Shown here: positions 45,641 through 63,591 of the stretch, piece by piece
Layout: each line of letters starts with the position of its first letter
Numbering within the stretch: position 1 is the stretch's first letter
Source: the human T2T-CHM13v2.0 reference genome, Homo sapiens
Direction: 5' to 3' (one strand)
Length of the DNA stretch: 64,000 bases
Assembly (NCBI RefSeq): GCF_009914755.1
Contig: NC_060927.1
Notes under the pieces: model-generated
Database searches by the model: none
What the model saw: the letters and a program-made list of their open reading frames with translations, nothing else
What the model was told of the DNA's origin: nothing
Program-made: the position numbers and the translations under genes

Positions 45641-46914
45641 TACTCAATTACATTATAGGATTCTAATAAAAGAAATCCTGCCATGGCTTGTATGCATTTT
45701 TTTCCACCAAGATTAGGCACTGATCCAGCCTACACTTTTCTTACTTATTTAAAGACACTAGCAATGAGAACTTGCAATTTCTCTGTTCTTATATTGCTTT
45801 ACTTTTGCCTTGTCCCTCACCGAAATGATGATTGATATAATTTTGGTGTCTGTGTACTGTAACTTCTGTTGTTTCGCATAGAAACAAAACAATAGAGATA
45901 TCTTCAGACATAAAATAATTAGGTACCCTACATCTTTTTGCAAAGTTTTTAATATATAAGGATAGAACCATGCCAAAAAGACCAAGAGTAAAGTTACAAA
46001 AAATAAAAAGACAGATTACATCATATTTCTCCAGATTCCATTGCTGGCATTCAGGAGGTAAGGTTTCTATATTGTTGGGGGCACAGTTAGAAAGCAAATA
46101 GGTGGTCCTGGGACCTACTGTGAGTTAGCTACCCTGAAAGTTTAAGTGCTCTGGGGTCTGGGTGGCTACACATTGATCAGTTGAATGAATTAAAATAGGT
46201 ATAAAACTCTTGGGCCCAGGCACATTTGCTCCTACTTGTCTGATCATAACACACAGAAAGAGGGTATGTTCTCATCATCATTTCAAAGTGACTAAACACT
46301 ATGAAAGCACTAGGAAAATCAGGATGGTGGAGAACCACAGAAAATTTCTTGAACAAGGAGGCTTAAAGCCAGTGATTGTGAAATCTGAGCTTAATGGGCC
46401 TATATCAGTTACTTTTTCCCTGGCAAGTAGGGAAGGCAATCAGGATTACTTCAGAAAGAAAACGATGATTTATGCATTCATAACCATGGGAATTGTCACA
46501 AATTTTGGTAGAGGCAAAATACTGGATTGCTGCTTGGTCTTCAATGAAATTATATTATCCAAGCCCTCTAAACAGTTAAGCTACATGAGAAGAGGAAATG
46601 GCTTTTAATTAATAATCAGTATTTTCTACATAAAGCATGCTTGAGCCAAACTTTCATAATAGGTCTGGGGTAATCTGTCAAAAATATTTTAAAAGAGCCC
46701 ATGTTGATTTTTAAGAGAATGGCAACATTCTTATGATCAAGTATAATCCATAGGAATACCTATAAGAGAAAAATGTATAGGGATGAGACATTTGGAACTA
46801 TTATTTAAAATAATAAATTATTATGACAATTTTTTGAAGATAATTGTAATTTCATATACATTGGAAAGAAATAATACAAAGTGATCCCATGGACCATACC
46901 CCTATGATAACAGC

Positions 46915-49085
46915 ACTCACCAAAGTAGAAATAGAAGAAAAACTCCTCAATCTGATAAAAGCCATCTCAAACACCAGCTGACATCATGCTTACTAGCGAA
47001 AGACTGAAAGTCTTCCCACCTTAGACTTGGAACAAAGCAAAGATGTGTGTTCTCACCATTCTTAAAGATAGGACTAGAAGTTCTAACCACTTGCAATGAG
47101 GCAATAATAGAATAAAAAGCAATCAAATTGGAAAATAAGTAGTAAAACTGTTTCTATTCCCAGATAACATGATCTTTTTAATATAGGAAATCCTTAGGAT
47201 ACACACACACAGACAGAAAAAGAGAGAGAGAGAGAACACAAATAAATGATTTCAACAAGACTGCAAGATATAAGATCAATATATAAAAATCAATGGTAAT
47301 TCTATACTAGCAATGAACAATTTGAAAATAAAATTAAGAAAACAATTCTTTTTTTATAGTATAAAAAAGAACAAAACACTTAGAAATTCAACAAAAGAAG
47401 TGCAAACTTATGCTCTCAAAACTATAAAACATAGCTGACAGAAATTAAAAATCTAAATAGTTGGAAAAACATTTCATGTTCGTGAATCAGAAGACTAAAC
47501 AGCTGATAGTAGTATTTCCCACAGTAGTTCTACAGATTCAATGCAATTCCCATCACAATCCCAGCTGACTTCTCCATAGAAATTAACAAAGTAATTCTAA
47601 ATTCACATGAATTGCAACAGGCCAGAACAGCCAAAACAATCTTGAAAAAGAACAAAACAAGAAGAGTCAGACTTCTTGGTTTCAAAACCTACTACAAAGA
47701 AATATTCATCAAGACAATGTGGTACTGGCATACGATAGACATACAGATCAAAGGAATAGAACTGAGAGATTCAGAGTCCAAAAATAAACTTTCATATACA
47801 TGGTCAAGTGATTTTCACCAAGATTACTAAGACCCTCCATTCACTAGGAACAGGATAGTCTTCTCAGCAAGTGGTGCTGGGACAACTACATAGCTAATGT
47901 AAATGAATGAAGTTGGACCACTACCTCCTACCGTATGTAAAATTAACTTGAAATGGAACAAAGACCTAAATGTAAGAGCTAAAACAATAAAACACTTTGA
48001 AGAAAAAATAGAAATCTGACAGACCTTGGATCAATTAATTAGTTTATTACCTATGACGATAAAAGCACAAGCAACAAAAGAAAAAAATAAATTATACTCC
48101 ATCAAACTTTAAATTATTTGTGCTGAAAAAAATAGCATTAATAAAATGAAAAGAAAACCCAGAGAATGAGAGAAAATTTTGCAAATCATATCTCTGATAA
48201 AGGACTCATATCCAGAATATGTAAAGAACTCTTCCAACTCAACAATAAAAGACAAGCCAACTGTAAAGCAGGGAAATAGTTTGAACAGCCATTTCTTCAA
48301 AGATGTGGACAGTAAGCAAATGAAAAGATTTGCAACATCATGAGTCATTAGGGAAATGTAAGCCAAAACAACAATGAGATACCCCTTGAAAAATAAAAAG
48401 GGTTGGCAAGAATTCGAATATGTTGGAACCCTAATGCATTGCTGGTGAAAACGTAAATGAGTGAAACCAATTTGAAAAGCAATTTGGCATTCATCGAAAG
48501 TTAAACATAGAGTTACCATACGACCTAGCAACTCTACTTCTAGGTATGTAAGAGAATTGAAAATGCTATGTCCACACAAAAACTTCCATGTGAATGCTCA
48601 TGCAACATTTTTCTAAGTGGTTAAAAAAGTGAAAACAACTCAAATGTTCATCCATTGATAAGTAGATAAAAAAGTATGATCACATATTCCATAGCAGCCA
48701 TGAAAAGAAATCAAATACTGATACATTCTATTGATACAACATAGATGAATGTAAAAAATATGCTAAGTGATAACATTCAGACACAAAAGGTCACATATTT
48801 TACAATTCCATTTATATGAACTATCCAGAATATGCAAATCTATAAAGATAGAAAGTAGATGAATGGTTGCCAGGGATTGGGAAGTGTGAAGAATATATAG
48901 TGATTACTAATGAGTATGGTTTTGATTTGTTTTGTTTTGTTTCTTTAAGGCCAAAAAAGTTCTCAAATAGATTGTGGTGATGGTTGCGCAACCCTGTGAA
49001 TATACAAAGAAAAGTAAATTGTTCATGTTAAAAAGGTGTATCCTATGGCATGTGAATTATATCCCAATAAAGCTGTTATTAAAGA
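46915..49085 (+). mobile_element. L1MB-type 3' portion (ORF2 C-terminus plus 3'UTR)
   Basis: Degenerate ORF2 (47612-47830: KTILKKNK…FKTYYK…TMWYWH); L1MB 3'UTR ending gaattatatcccaataaagctgtt. Confidence 0.8.
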
Positions 49086-49557
49086 AATGAAGTAGTAATA
49101 AGTGGTAATAGAATTAATTAGTATGTTTTGAGTTAAGCATATTTGTATGGGAAGATATATTTTCAATAAACATGTGGCTTTATTTTATCCAGTGGTTTTC
49201 AATATCTTCTTTATACTCTACATTATTTACATATACAACAAACTTCTGTAATATTTCTTACATTCTATTAATTGTGAAACACTGATTTAGTTTGCTTTAT
49301 ACCACAAATAAAGCTAGAAAATTATCTTGAAAATATTATGCAGAAGTAGATTTTACTACAAATGGCTAGATAATTGAAGCATATTTTATCTATAAATATA
49401 AGAATAATTTTATTTTTCTACTTGATCCTGCATCTGTATTTAATGCAATTTTTATAAAATCCTGAAAATTGAAGAATTAAATATGGTGACAAGACACGAT
49501 TTTGTTGAAGGGAAAAATCTCTCTCAGATTAAATAGTACATTTTAAAATATGAATGC

Positions 49558-49884
<327 letters not shown>

Positions 49885-51979
49885 CTACACATATAGAAGT
49901 TCCTCTATGAACATTTAGGTTCTAAAAATATGTGGGTATGTGTTGTCCCTATGCCCATTAAGGCATATAAAAGCTATAGACATAGGCATATTCATGAAGT
50001 TAAATTTCTTAAATGAATGAATTTTGATGGCATTGAATTTGTTTTGTTTTCTCTTTTAATTGTAATAATAAAGCTTGGCTTAGCAGCTTCAACAATCTCA
50101 CAGATTTTGCACTTATTAGGAAAGATAAAATTGGTAGTCATAAATTATTATACATTTGGTACAAATGCAGCAATCATGCTACAGACTGATAAAAGCAGGA
50201 AGACCAACATTACAATGATACACACAACTACTGACACCATCTCTGGTGTCAGGAAGAGTTGACTTGCTTTAGCTATGGAGGGGCAATTACATATATAATT
50301 TTATTTTCCTATAGAGCTTCAAAGTACACAAAATTCTGTAGACCTTTTCATACCATAGTTATATATTGTGCCAAAAATGTGCTAGTCAGTAAAAAATGAA
50401 AAATCAAACTTTCCAATTGAGTCATATACTAAATTTGTCTTTGTCAATTGATGTTTATTCTACAGAGATTTATTTAGAATGGAATATTCCAATCTGCTAA
50501 AACAATTTCTTATTTCTGTTGTGTGTGTATCTGTGGTAAAAATCAAAGCTTAGTGTGTCTGCATGCAGCCAAAAGCTGCCATTGTGACAGCTTGTCTTTC
50601 ATTTTGTAACATTCAACCACTTATTGTACACCAGCTGATTTTGTTATCCTGACCTGCCTGAGGAGTGGATATTACTCCTTAGTCCAAATGCATTCTACAC
50701 CATGGAGCCTCAACTGGCACTATAAACTTAATTAAATACTGTCATTGAAACCAGCTGTAAACTAAGTAATAAAAGCATTTTTATTTTTCTAGCTGGAGCC
50801 CAGAAAATCTGACAAATTTTGGATCAGAGTAATAGACATATTTTGGGCATGCCTGTCCACAAAATGTCACTGTTGAAGGACTGGACTTAGAGAGCCTGTT
50901 CAAATCTATGACCCACCTCCCTAACTACCTTCAGCCAACTGGGCTGTGGTTTTCACCTGATCTAAGTTAAGCTGGTCAGATTCATCTGGGGTGTTGAAGG
51001 ACAATGGGTAGCTGAGCTAATAACACTGAAGATTGAGGGGCTTAGGCTGTGTTTTTATGGTAAGCCATAATGGACCATGTCCAAATAGATGAGGGAGAGT
51101 AAGAAGCAATTCGCACAGAGATAAAAAATAAAACAGAAAGAAGAAAAGGTTGTGTGGCATGAAAAAAGATATGCGCAGTTTTGAGAATTGGGAAATAAAA
51201 ACAGGCAGTCTTTTGTTTTTTCCCAATGATGTTTTCTGTACTTGTTGCCCTCCATAAATTTCTAGATTTCTCTGTATCCTTTATTTAAAATATCACTAGG
51301 TGGGGTTTTTTCAGTCCTTGCAACTCAAAGCTATTTAACCAGAATAGTCAGGAAAATAGTGCATTAGAGTTAGTATATTTAAATTAAAAGTTTCAAAAGT
51401 TCTCCTGTTAAAAGTTTAGACACATTTCTTTTCTTTTTAAATGAAAAACTGCAATAGCATCTTTTTATCTCAGTAGGGAAACACCTTCTCTCTCCTTAGA
51501 ATTCAAGCAATAACAATTCTGTGGGGTAATGATTATTCTAGATGCATGGTACCATGTAAATTAATCTATTGCTTTGGCTGCACTGCTCCAAAAAACAGTG
51601 CTGATGCTGAGTGCACAGAATGAAAAAATTAATTAGCCAGACTGCGAAATCAAATAAATCTCACAGTGGCGACCTTTGTGTAGTAGAATAAGGAAAAGCA
51701 TTAAGTTCATGTAACAACCTTGGTAGAAGTAAAACCAAGCTTAAATAGGGCCAAGTGTTCTTATAATTTAAACTGGATCGTATAGTCCAGGCCCACAAGA
51801 AAGTCCTGGCAGAGAAAATTGATCTTAAGGGTCTGGTCAATAGCAAACTGTTGGTCTTTGACTAAAATGCAGTCTTCTTCATTAATGTTCCAAGAAGAAA
51901 AACAACACAGAGAAAATAAACACACTGATTTCTTCTCCTGTACAAATTATCTCCCTGTACTAGGTTAAGCCACAGAACA

Positions 51980-52770
51980 CGAGGCAGTTAGTTCATCTTG
52001 TTGCTCTGAGCTTTCACCGCTGCAGTTTGTCTTAGGCCTGCAGCTGATACTCATCATCTTTCACCTCTACTTCTCATTCTAGATTTTTCTCACATTCCGC
52101 AGGTTCTGTTACTGTGCAAGGTGTCTTTGCTAATGGAGTGACACGGAACTTCATCAGCAAGGGGTCTGAGACCACAGTCAGCACAGAGTTCTCAGGTTGT
52201 GGCTGCTTTCCTGGTCCATTTACCATTAAAATTGGCCAGCAGAGTACCAAGAGAAGTACCTAAGTGTCAAACTTCTTCTTCCCTGCAAACCACTTACCCT
52301 CACGTGTCATAACAGCTCTATTTCCTTTTCATGGCCACAGTCAACTACCCCTACCGTTGTAATGATTCCTTTGATGCCCTGAGAGTTCCTTGGTATGAGG
52401 AGCCTAAATGAAAAGATGGCAGACAAAGCTCAAACCTCGTACTTAAATAGGATTCTAACCCTATCTCTTGTAGAAGAAACAAGACCTATAGAAGCACAGA
52501 ACCTAAGCTCGTGGAGAAGAAAGCACTTCTGTCTCCCCTCTGGGCCCTTAATGTCATGTATTCTACTTAATGGGCACAGGGTGATAGAATCTGTGGACCC
52601 CATGGTTATGTGTCCACTGCCAGAGCTACTTTGCTGTAAAATGAGTCCATGGCTGTGTTTGCATTGCTATGAAGGAATTGGTCCATTTGCATTGAGCAAA
52701 TGGTAAGCCCTCCTAAGGCGCTTTTCCATGTGAGGACTTGTGTGAAGAAGCCAGCAGACATTCTCAATCC
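51980..52770 (-). mobile_element. Degenerate ERVL/MaLR internal sequence (similar sequence resumes at about 56389-56680)
   Basis: Resembles ERVL-type internal sequence from memory (cattctagatt…gtgacacggaacttcatc…ggggtctgag; ttgctgtaaaatgagtcc). Confidence 0.5.
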
Positions 52771-56388
<3,618 letters not shown>

Positions 56389-56689
56389 CATAGACAACAT
56401 AACACCCTAGTGACACCAGATTTTGTTAACCATCTCTATAGCTCCTCATAGGTCAGGTCTCCTGGTAGTCACTCCAACCCTTTCTAACCTAGCCACTCGT
56501 GAAGATAATTTGCACTAATGTTACTTCCACCAGATAACTACTAGTTTGGATTTCTATAAGCCCCTTAGCGACTACATAATTCTGTTCAGTAATAGTGTCT
56601 CCTACAGTCAGCCATGCCTAGAGAGGACATCTACCAAAGCGTCTCATTGATGCTGCTGCTCTATCAGCAATGCATTCCTTATCACATTG

Positions 56690-59270
56690 GTAAACAGAAT
56701 ATGTAATAGGCTTGTATTCATTTGGGTTTAGATTTTTTGTTGCTGCTCAGCATGTTTTTGAGATTCACCTATGTTGTTGTATGCAACATATACAAGTATT
56801 TCTTTTTCTTTTTATTGATGAACAGTATTCCATTCTATGTAAGTATCATAATTTGTATCCATTCACTTGTTTACGAACTGGTGGGTTATTTCCAGTTGTA
56901 AGGTATTAAAACTAAGCATCTATGAATCCTATATATATGTGTGTGTATATATACGTCTTTTGTGCGTACATGTTTGCATTTCTCTTAAGGAAACCCCAAG
57001 GAGTGTTACTGCCGGTTCATATGACAAGTGGTACATATTTAACTTTTTATAAAAATAAAACTGGCAAACAGTTTTTCAAATAAATTTTACTGTTATACAT
57101 TCTCAGCAGCAATGTATGAATACTCCAGGAACTGCATATTCTCACCAGCACTTGGTACTGTAGGCCTTTTTAATTGTAGTCATTCTCACGAGTATGTGGT
57201 CCTATTTCATTTTAGTTTTCATATAATTTCCTGGATGATTCATGATACTGAGCAGAGTTTCATGTACTTATTGGCTATATTTTATTTTGTGAAGTATTTT
57301 TTCAAATTTTTGCCCATTGTGGTGGGGACAGTAATTTTTCTATTGAGCTGTAAGGGTTGTTTATGTATTGTGAATATAAAATATTTGAGATACGCACACA
57401 TACACACAGTACACACAGATGTATATATGATTTGCTTTATATTTTCTACATGCTGTCTTTTAAAGTACAGATGTTGTTAATTTTGAGGATGTGAAACACA
57501 TCGACTTATCTTTTCTAATTTGTGTCCTCTGAGAAAACTCTGCCTAATCCAAAGTCACAAAGATTGTCTCTTATAATTTCTTTTAGAAGCTGTAGCTTTA
57601 GATTTTACATTCAGGATTATAATCCATTTTAAATTCATCTTTGTTCATTGCCTGAGGTAAGTGTTGAAGTTCATTTTTCCATATCAACACCCAGCTGTCT
57701 CATAAGCATTTGTTAAAAAATCTATTCTTCACTGCACCCCACCCTACCAATGCCCCTGCCACTGAAATACCATGATTACTTTTTAGGAACTCAATTGAAC
57801 ATATCTGTGTGGTCTAGTTTGGGACAGACTATTCTGTTCCTTCCATGTATGTGTCTGTCTACCTTAGATCTTGATTACCATAGCATAACAGAAAATCTTG
57901 AAATCACGTAGCATAAGGCCTCTAACTTTGTTCTTTTTCAAAAAAATTGAGGTCACTCTAGATCCTTTGCATTCCTTGACAAATTTCGTAATAGTTTCTC
58001 AATTTCTCTTCCAAATATAAAGTCTGTTAGAATATTGACTGAAGTTGTACTGAAGGTATAGACCCGTTTTGGAGAATATCTTAATAATATTGAATCTTCC
58101 AACATAGCGTTATGGTTTATGTCTCTCTTTTAAAAAAGATTTCCTTTCATTTCTCACAACATTTTGTACTTTTAAGTGTATAGATCTTATAGATTATATT
58201 AAAATTTTCTCTAATAAGTGTTTTGTAATTTTTGAGCTATCAAAAATGGCATTAGCTAGGAGTGGTGGCTCACATCTGTAATTCCAGCACTTTGGGAGTC
58301 CGAGGTGGGTAGACCACCTGAGCACAGCCTGGGCAATACAGTGATACCTCATCTCTCCACAAAAAATAAACAAACAATAGGCATGGCGGCATGCTCCTGT
58401 AGTCCCAGCTACTCAGGAGGATTGGCTGAGCCCAGGAGGCAGAGGTTTCAGTGAGCTGAGATTGCACCACTGCACTCCAGCCTGTATGACAAAGTGAGAC
58501 TCTATCTCAAAAACAAAACAAAACAAAACAAAAAACAAGAAAAGACAAAATATATTTTAAGAAATAAATTATAAAAAATGACAATTGCTATTTAAATTTA
58601 GTTTCCTAAATATATAAATTATATATAAAAATACAATTGTTTCTATATCTTGACCATGTATACTGAAATGTTTCTAAATTCACTTATTAGTTTTAATGGC
58701 TTTTCATATTATGGATTCCTTTTTTGCATACCAATCATGCTGTCTATTAATAAAGTTTTACATCTTCTTTCCAACTTGCTTGCCTATGGACCCCATCCCC
58801 AACCCCTCGCACCCACTAAGTCATCCAGTAAAATGTTGTATATTAAAGCAGTGGGAAAAGGCATCCTTGTCTTTTTCCCAGACTTAAAAGGAAAATAATT
58901 TAGTCTTTCATCATTAAACTGTGGTGATATGTTAGCCTTTATTGCATTGTGGAAGTTTTCTTTTATCTCTAGTTCACTGAAAGTTTCTATCATAAATGGA
59001 TATTGAATTTTATCAAAATTCTTTACTTTGCTTGTTCCTATTGAGATGATTATACCATTTGTCTTTACTCTGTAAATATAGTGAATTACACTGATTGATT
59101 TTCAAATGTTAAACTCAATTTGCAGTCCTGGGGCAAACCCCACTTGGCCATTTTATAATATTTTCTTTATGTATTACCGGATTATACTTTCTAACATTTT
59201 GTTAAATATTTTTGCATGTTTATTCTTAAGCAATATTGATCTGTAGCTTTCTTGTCTTTTTCTTTCTGGC
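56690..59270 (-). mobile_element. Old L1M-type 3' region, interrupted by AluJ
   Basis: Reverse L1M motifs (gctcagcatgtttttgagattcacc, cagcaatgtatga, gggcaaaccccacttggcca); boundaries approximate. Confidence 0.7.
58254..58550 (+). mobile_element. AluJ with small internal deletions and (CAAAA)n tail
   Basis: Dimer recognisable; gaggattggctgagcccagg is J-type. Confidence 0.85.
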
Positions 59271-61299
59271 TTTTATATAACTGGGAATAACCTGATTTTT
59301 ATGTAACCAGAAATTATTATTCCTCAATGATCCCCCTTCATCATTTAATTCAAACAATTTCTTTAGAAGAAAGACATCTTTTTGACATGAGAGAAATTAT
59401 TTCATAGTAATATTAGCCCTAAATTTTTTGTTCCAACAAATTTTGAGTTTAGAGCATACCTTCATTTTAGGATTGTAACTTAGAAATGAAAGATCAAAAA
59501 GGTAGGGGAAGGTGATTATTGACTCTTTCCTAATCTGAATGGTTTTTTATCTAAGTGCTTGAAATATTTTTACTATGTGATTATACACACACACACACAC
59601 ACACTCGTATTCTCTTGAATCTTCTCCAGTTGATACTGACATTCTGTGAAAGAAAACAGTACTAGCTATTGTGCCCAAGAGGATATGAGAGAGATTTCTT
59701 TCCTATCCCCTTGTGACTTGTAGGAAGTATAGAGAAGCATCTAAAATGCTTACTCTCGCAAACAGAATCCAGTAACTTTTACCCATGATTGATTTTCCTT
59801 TCTCTGTTACTGCAGCTCCGAGTGGGACAGACATTGGTATACCAGCACTAGGCAGCGCAGCTGCGGACACACAGTGACACCGAGTAATGTGGCAGGCCTC
59901 CTTTTAAGTACATCAAGTGGAGGCCCAGACAGCAGGGGCACAATTTAAATAGAGTCTTCCTGATGCAACACCTTTCAGACTCTGAAAGAGGCCCTTTTTT
60001 AGGAGGTGTGACACTCATATTAGATAAGGCAATCGTAACTGTAAATAAGGCATACTCCAGAGGACTGACAATGCTTTTCAGAAATCCAATTACATGCTCT
60101 TATTTGGTGTTAGTGCAAACAGAAAAATAACAAGCCAACTTATTTCATCCCCACCGTGATTTCCTCAAGGCTAATTAAAGTGCACTCTGCTGATGCCTAA
60201 ATCATTCAACTCCAGGCAATCCAAAGATTTAAAGGGACAAACACCCAATCAATGCGTGGCTGTCAGTAAGTGGCATTGTGTTTGGAAATGGGCACAATAA
60301 AGTCCTTCATTAACTTGAATGCTGGAAACTCCCTGTGAAAAAAAATTGGTCTAACAAATTTACTGCCATAGATTTATGAACTAGACTTCATCACTCTGCA
60401 TAAAGAACTGATAAGTGATCAATGATTCTTCACAACATATGGCATAATCAATACGAATTTGGGGAGGAGATAGAAAGACATTAATAATGCGTATTTTATG
60501 TACAGGCCTGTTCCTAAAGATTAAGGGCACCATAAATCACACAGGAGCTGAGTAAAGCTAGAATAAAAATAATTACTTTAGTAAATGTAGTATTCAAATT
60601 TTAGAATTAGAAAAAATATCTATATTATCTTGGGTGGCTTTAAAAAGATTTTAAAATATTTATAAGGTTTTTATTTCATGGTAAGGTTTTGGGGGATGTT
60701 GTTGGTAGCTTTTTCCCCCAGTCATTTTGCTTGTCACTTTATTAATAATTCCAAATAATGACAAAGAAATATATTTGTATGTCTAAATTACTCAGAACTA
60801 TTTTCAGGAAAAAACAATATTAGCCATGCCCTAGGGCACACTGTTAGGACCCCTTGATTCCATTATCAAGTAGGTCTGTTTAGCTCTCTCCTCGTTCGTT
60901 ACTGAAGGTCAAAATTTATGAATGAGCCCTTCTGTATTACCATAAAATGTGCACTCCAGATTTGTGCCAGAGATTAAAATCTTAATCTCATAACTCCTCT
61001 TCAAAGCTTAGATCTGAAAATTAGAACACCTAACTGATCGGCTGCCCAGCATTCACTTTTCTTACAACATATCCTCACGAAGGAGCAAATTCAAATTGTG
61101 TTACTGTGTGTTTCTTGCAGACCTGAATGAGGTTTGATAGTATGACATTTGCTTGTAATGAGGAATAATGCGTAACAATGTTCACTACATCACATAGGGT
61201 CTTCTCTATGAAAGCTCATGGGAGAATTTTCCATCATTCCAGTAGCAAGAAAAGTTAATTTTCTCCTGAAAAAAAATGGTTTATATTTGTTGTAACAAC

Positions 61300-61520
61300 A
61301 CTCTATCACAACAGAAACAGTTTTTTTACTTTTAAAAGTAATTTTATATTGGTTACATGTTAAAATAATTGTTGATACCTTGAGCTACATAAAATCATTA
61401 TGAAAATTAATTTTAGCTGTTTCACTTTTTAACTTTTTAAATATGTCTTCTAGAAAATTTACAGTTACATATGTGGTGGGCTTGCATGACTTGCATTGTT
61501 TCTTTTCAACAGTGATCTAG
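61300..61520. mobile_element. MER3/MER33-like hAT-Charlie fragment
   Basis: aaaattaattttagctgtttcacttttt…ctagaaaatttacagttacatatgtgg. Confidence 0.55.
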
Positions 61521-61538
61521 AGAAAGCTTGGTCATGGC

Positions 61539-61672
61539 TTTTTTTTTATTATACTTTAAGTTTTAGGGTACATGTGCACAATGTGCAGGTTAGTTACATA
61601 TGTATACATGTGCCATGTTGGTGTGCTGCACCCATTAACTCATCATTTAACATTAGGTATATCTCCTAATGC
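61539..61672 (-). mobile_element. Severely truncated L1PA4-like 3' end (134 bp)
   Basis: ttattatactttaagttttagggtacatgtgcac…catttaacattaggtatatctcctaatgc. Confidence 0.9.
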
Positions 61673-61919
61673 AAATATGGACTTATAGATCAAAGCCATG
61701 AGTTTTAGAAGTGTGTTTTAACATTATAGTGTTATAACATTAATATGATATTGTTATATTATAAAATTATAATACTGTAATATTATCAAATTCTTATAAT
61801 ACTGTTATACATAATTTTTAGCCATATCATTATTCAAATATAAGGTTCGTTGCTGAAGTGAATTACTAAAGTCCACCATTCAGAGACCTTCAATGAGTTT
61901 TCAGACTTAGAAAAAAAAA

Positions 61920-62236
61920 GACCGTGCAGTGGTTCACACCTGTAATCCCAGCACATTGAGACATTGAGATGAGAGAATGGCTTGAACCCAGGGATTCAAG
62001 ACCAGCCTGGGAAACATAGTGAGATACCATCTCTACAACAAAATAAAATAAATTAGCTGGGTGTGGAGGCACACACCTGTAGCCCCAGCTACTCAGGTGA
62101 GTGAGGTGAAAGGATTGCTTGAGCCCAGAAGTTGAGAGCTTGAAGCTGCAGTGAGCCATGATTGTGCCACTGCACTCACAGGGTGAGACACTTTCTCAAA
62201 CAAACAAAAAGGGAAAAAAAAAAAAGAAAAGAAAAA
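61920..62236 (+). mobile_element. AluJ (Jo-like)
   Basis: Dimer; aggattgcttgagccc…gctgcagtgagccatgattgtgccac. Confidence 0.87.
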
Positions 62237-62798
62237 TGATCATTAGTTGTTACTTCAGAGCTTCGGGTTTAAAATAGCATCTAGTTAGCAATTATGCATT
62301 CAGATTTTCCATACATTTGGCTGAACTATTTATTATACTACATGAAAAGAGAAAATTTAAAACCACCTAGAAAACATGATTACTGTATAATATGATTTTT
62401 TCATTTCTTTGGAGTTTTTGGATGTAATTCAAAATTATAGTGTTGCCTTACCTGAACTGTTGAAATTGAAAGCTAATCCATTATCTCCTCCTTCCCGCCA
62501 ACCAACAGCCATTAAAAAATAGTACATCTGTATCTACTAAAATACCTAGACATTCCATTTTGATGAAAGAGTGCTTGTTTTTGAGGAAACCCAAAACCTC
62601 TCTTTCTGTATGTGGTTAAAGATTGCTATACCTGGAAGAACTATGTTTCAATTAAGGCAAACAGCTAAGGCTTAATGCATCAGGCAAAGGATATTCCAAC
62701 AAATAAAACCAAGTACACAAGAGTGGAGATAGCCTCACTATTCATGAATTCTGGAACTTAATCTGTACAGAGCAATAGAGAGTGAGGCAGAGGATATA

Positions 62799-63167
62799 TA
62801 TCTTAGGTCATTTTCTGCTGCTATAACAGAATACCAGAGACTGGGTAATTTATAAACAATAGAAATTTATGTTTTCACAGTTCTGGAGGCTGGGAAGTCC
62901 AAAGTCAAGGGGCCATACCTGGCGAGGGCCTTCTTGCTGCATCATAATGTGGCAGAAGGCATCAGATGGGTGAGACAGAGAGAGGGAAGGGGGGTGAACT
63001 CCTCCTTTTGTAAGGACCCCACTATTGTGATAATGCCATTTATCCACTCATGAGGGCAAAGCCCTCATGACCCAGTCACCTCTTATATGTCCCACTCCTC
63101 AACACTGTTGCACTGGGGATTAAGTTTCCAACAAATGAACTTTGGGGGACACATTCAAACCACAGCA
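62799..63167 (-). mobile_element. MST (MSTC/D-like) MaLR solo LTR
   Basis: tcttag…ctgctataacagaatacc…ctgggtaatttataaa…gggggacacattcaaaccacagca; TSD atata/gtata. Confidence 0.85.
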
Positions 63168-63591
63168 GTATAGGAGAAGATCAATCAGAACAGAATTGGG
63201 CCAAAAGATATGGACAACAGTCTCTGAGAAGGGGCTTCAAACAGAATTTGTGAAAGAGTGAGGCAAATCCATACTCATCATTTGGCAAACACTGAGTTTT
63301 GATAGATAGAGTTTTCTGCATTAGACAGTGAAAAAACAACAATAACAAGAATAGTAAAATTAACATAACATTTTCATATAAACAGAAAGGAAAATGAAAG
63401 GGCATTCTAATAATCCATATTTTAAAAGAGAAATCTGAATTAAGAACCCACAAGAAAGAATTCCAAGAGACAATTTAGTATGTGTTTAAAAACAGAAGAT
63501 TGTTTTTGAGACACTCCACATTTTTATTAGCTTTCATTGCAAGTAAAAAGGGAGAATTTTATTTGTTTCATTTGAAATTTAATTATTGGAC

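Noticed and set aside
61532-61701. 10-bp inverted match (tcatggcttt/aaagccatga) flanking the short L1 3' end instead of a clear TSD
   Set aside because: It is short enough to be chance, and a degenerate direct match atgg(a)ctt is also present.
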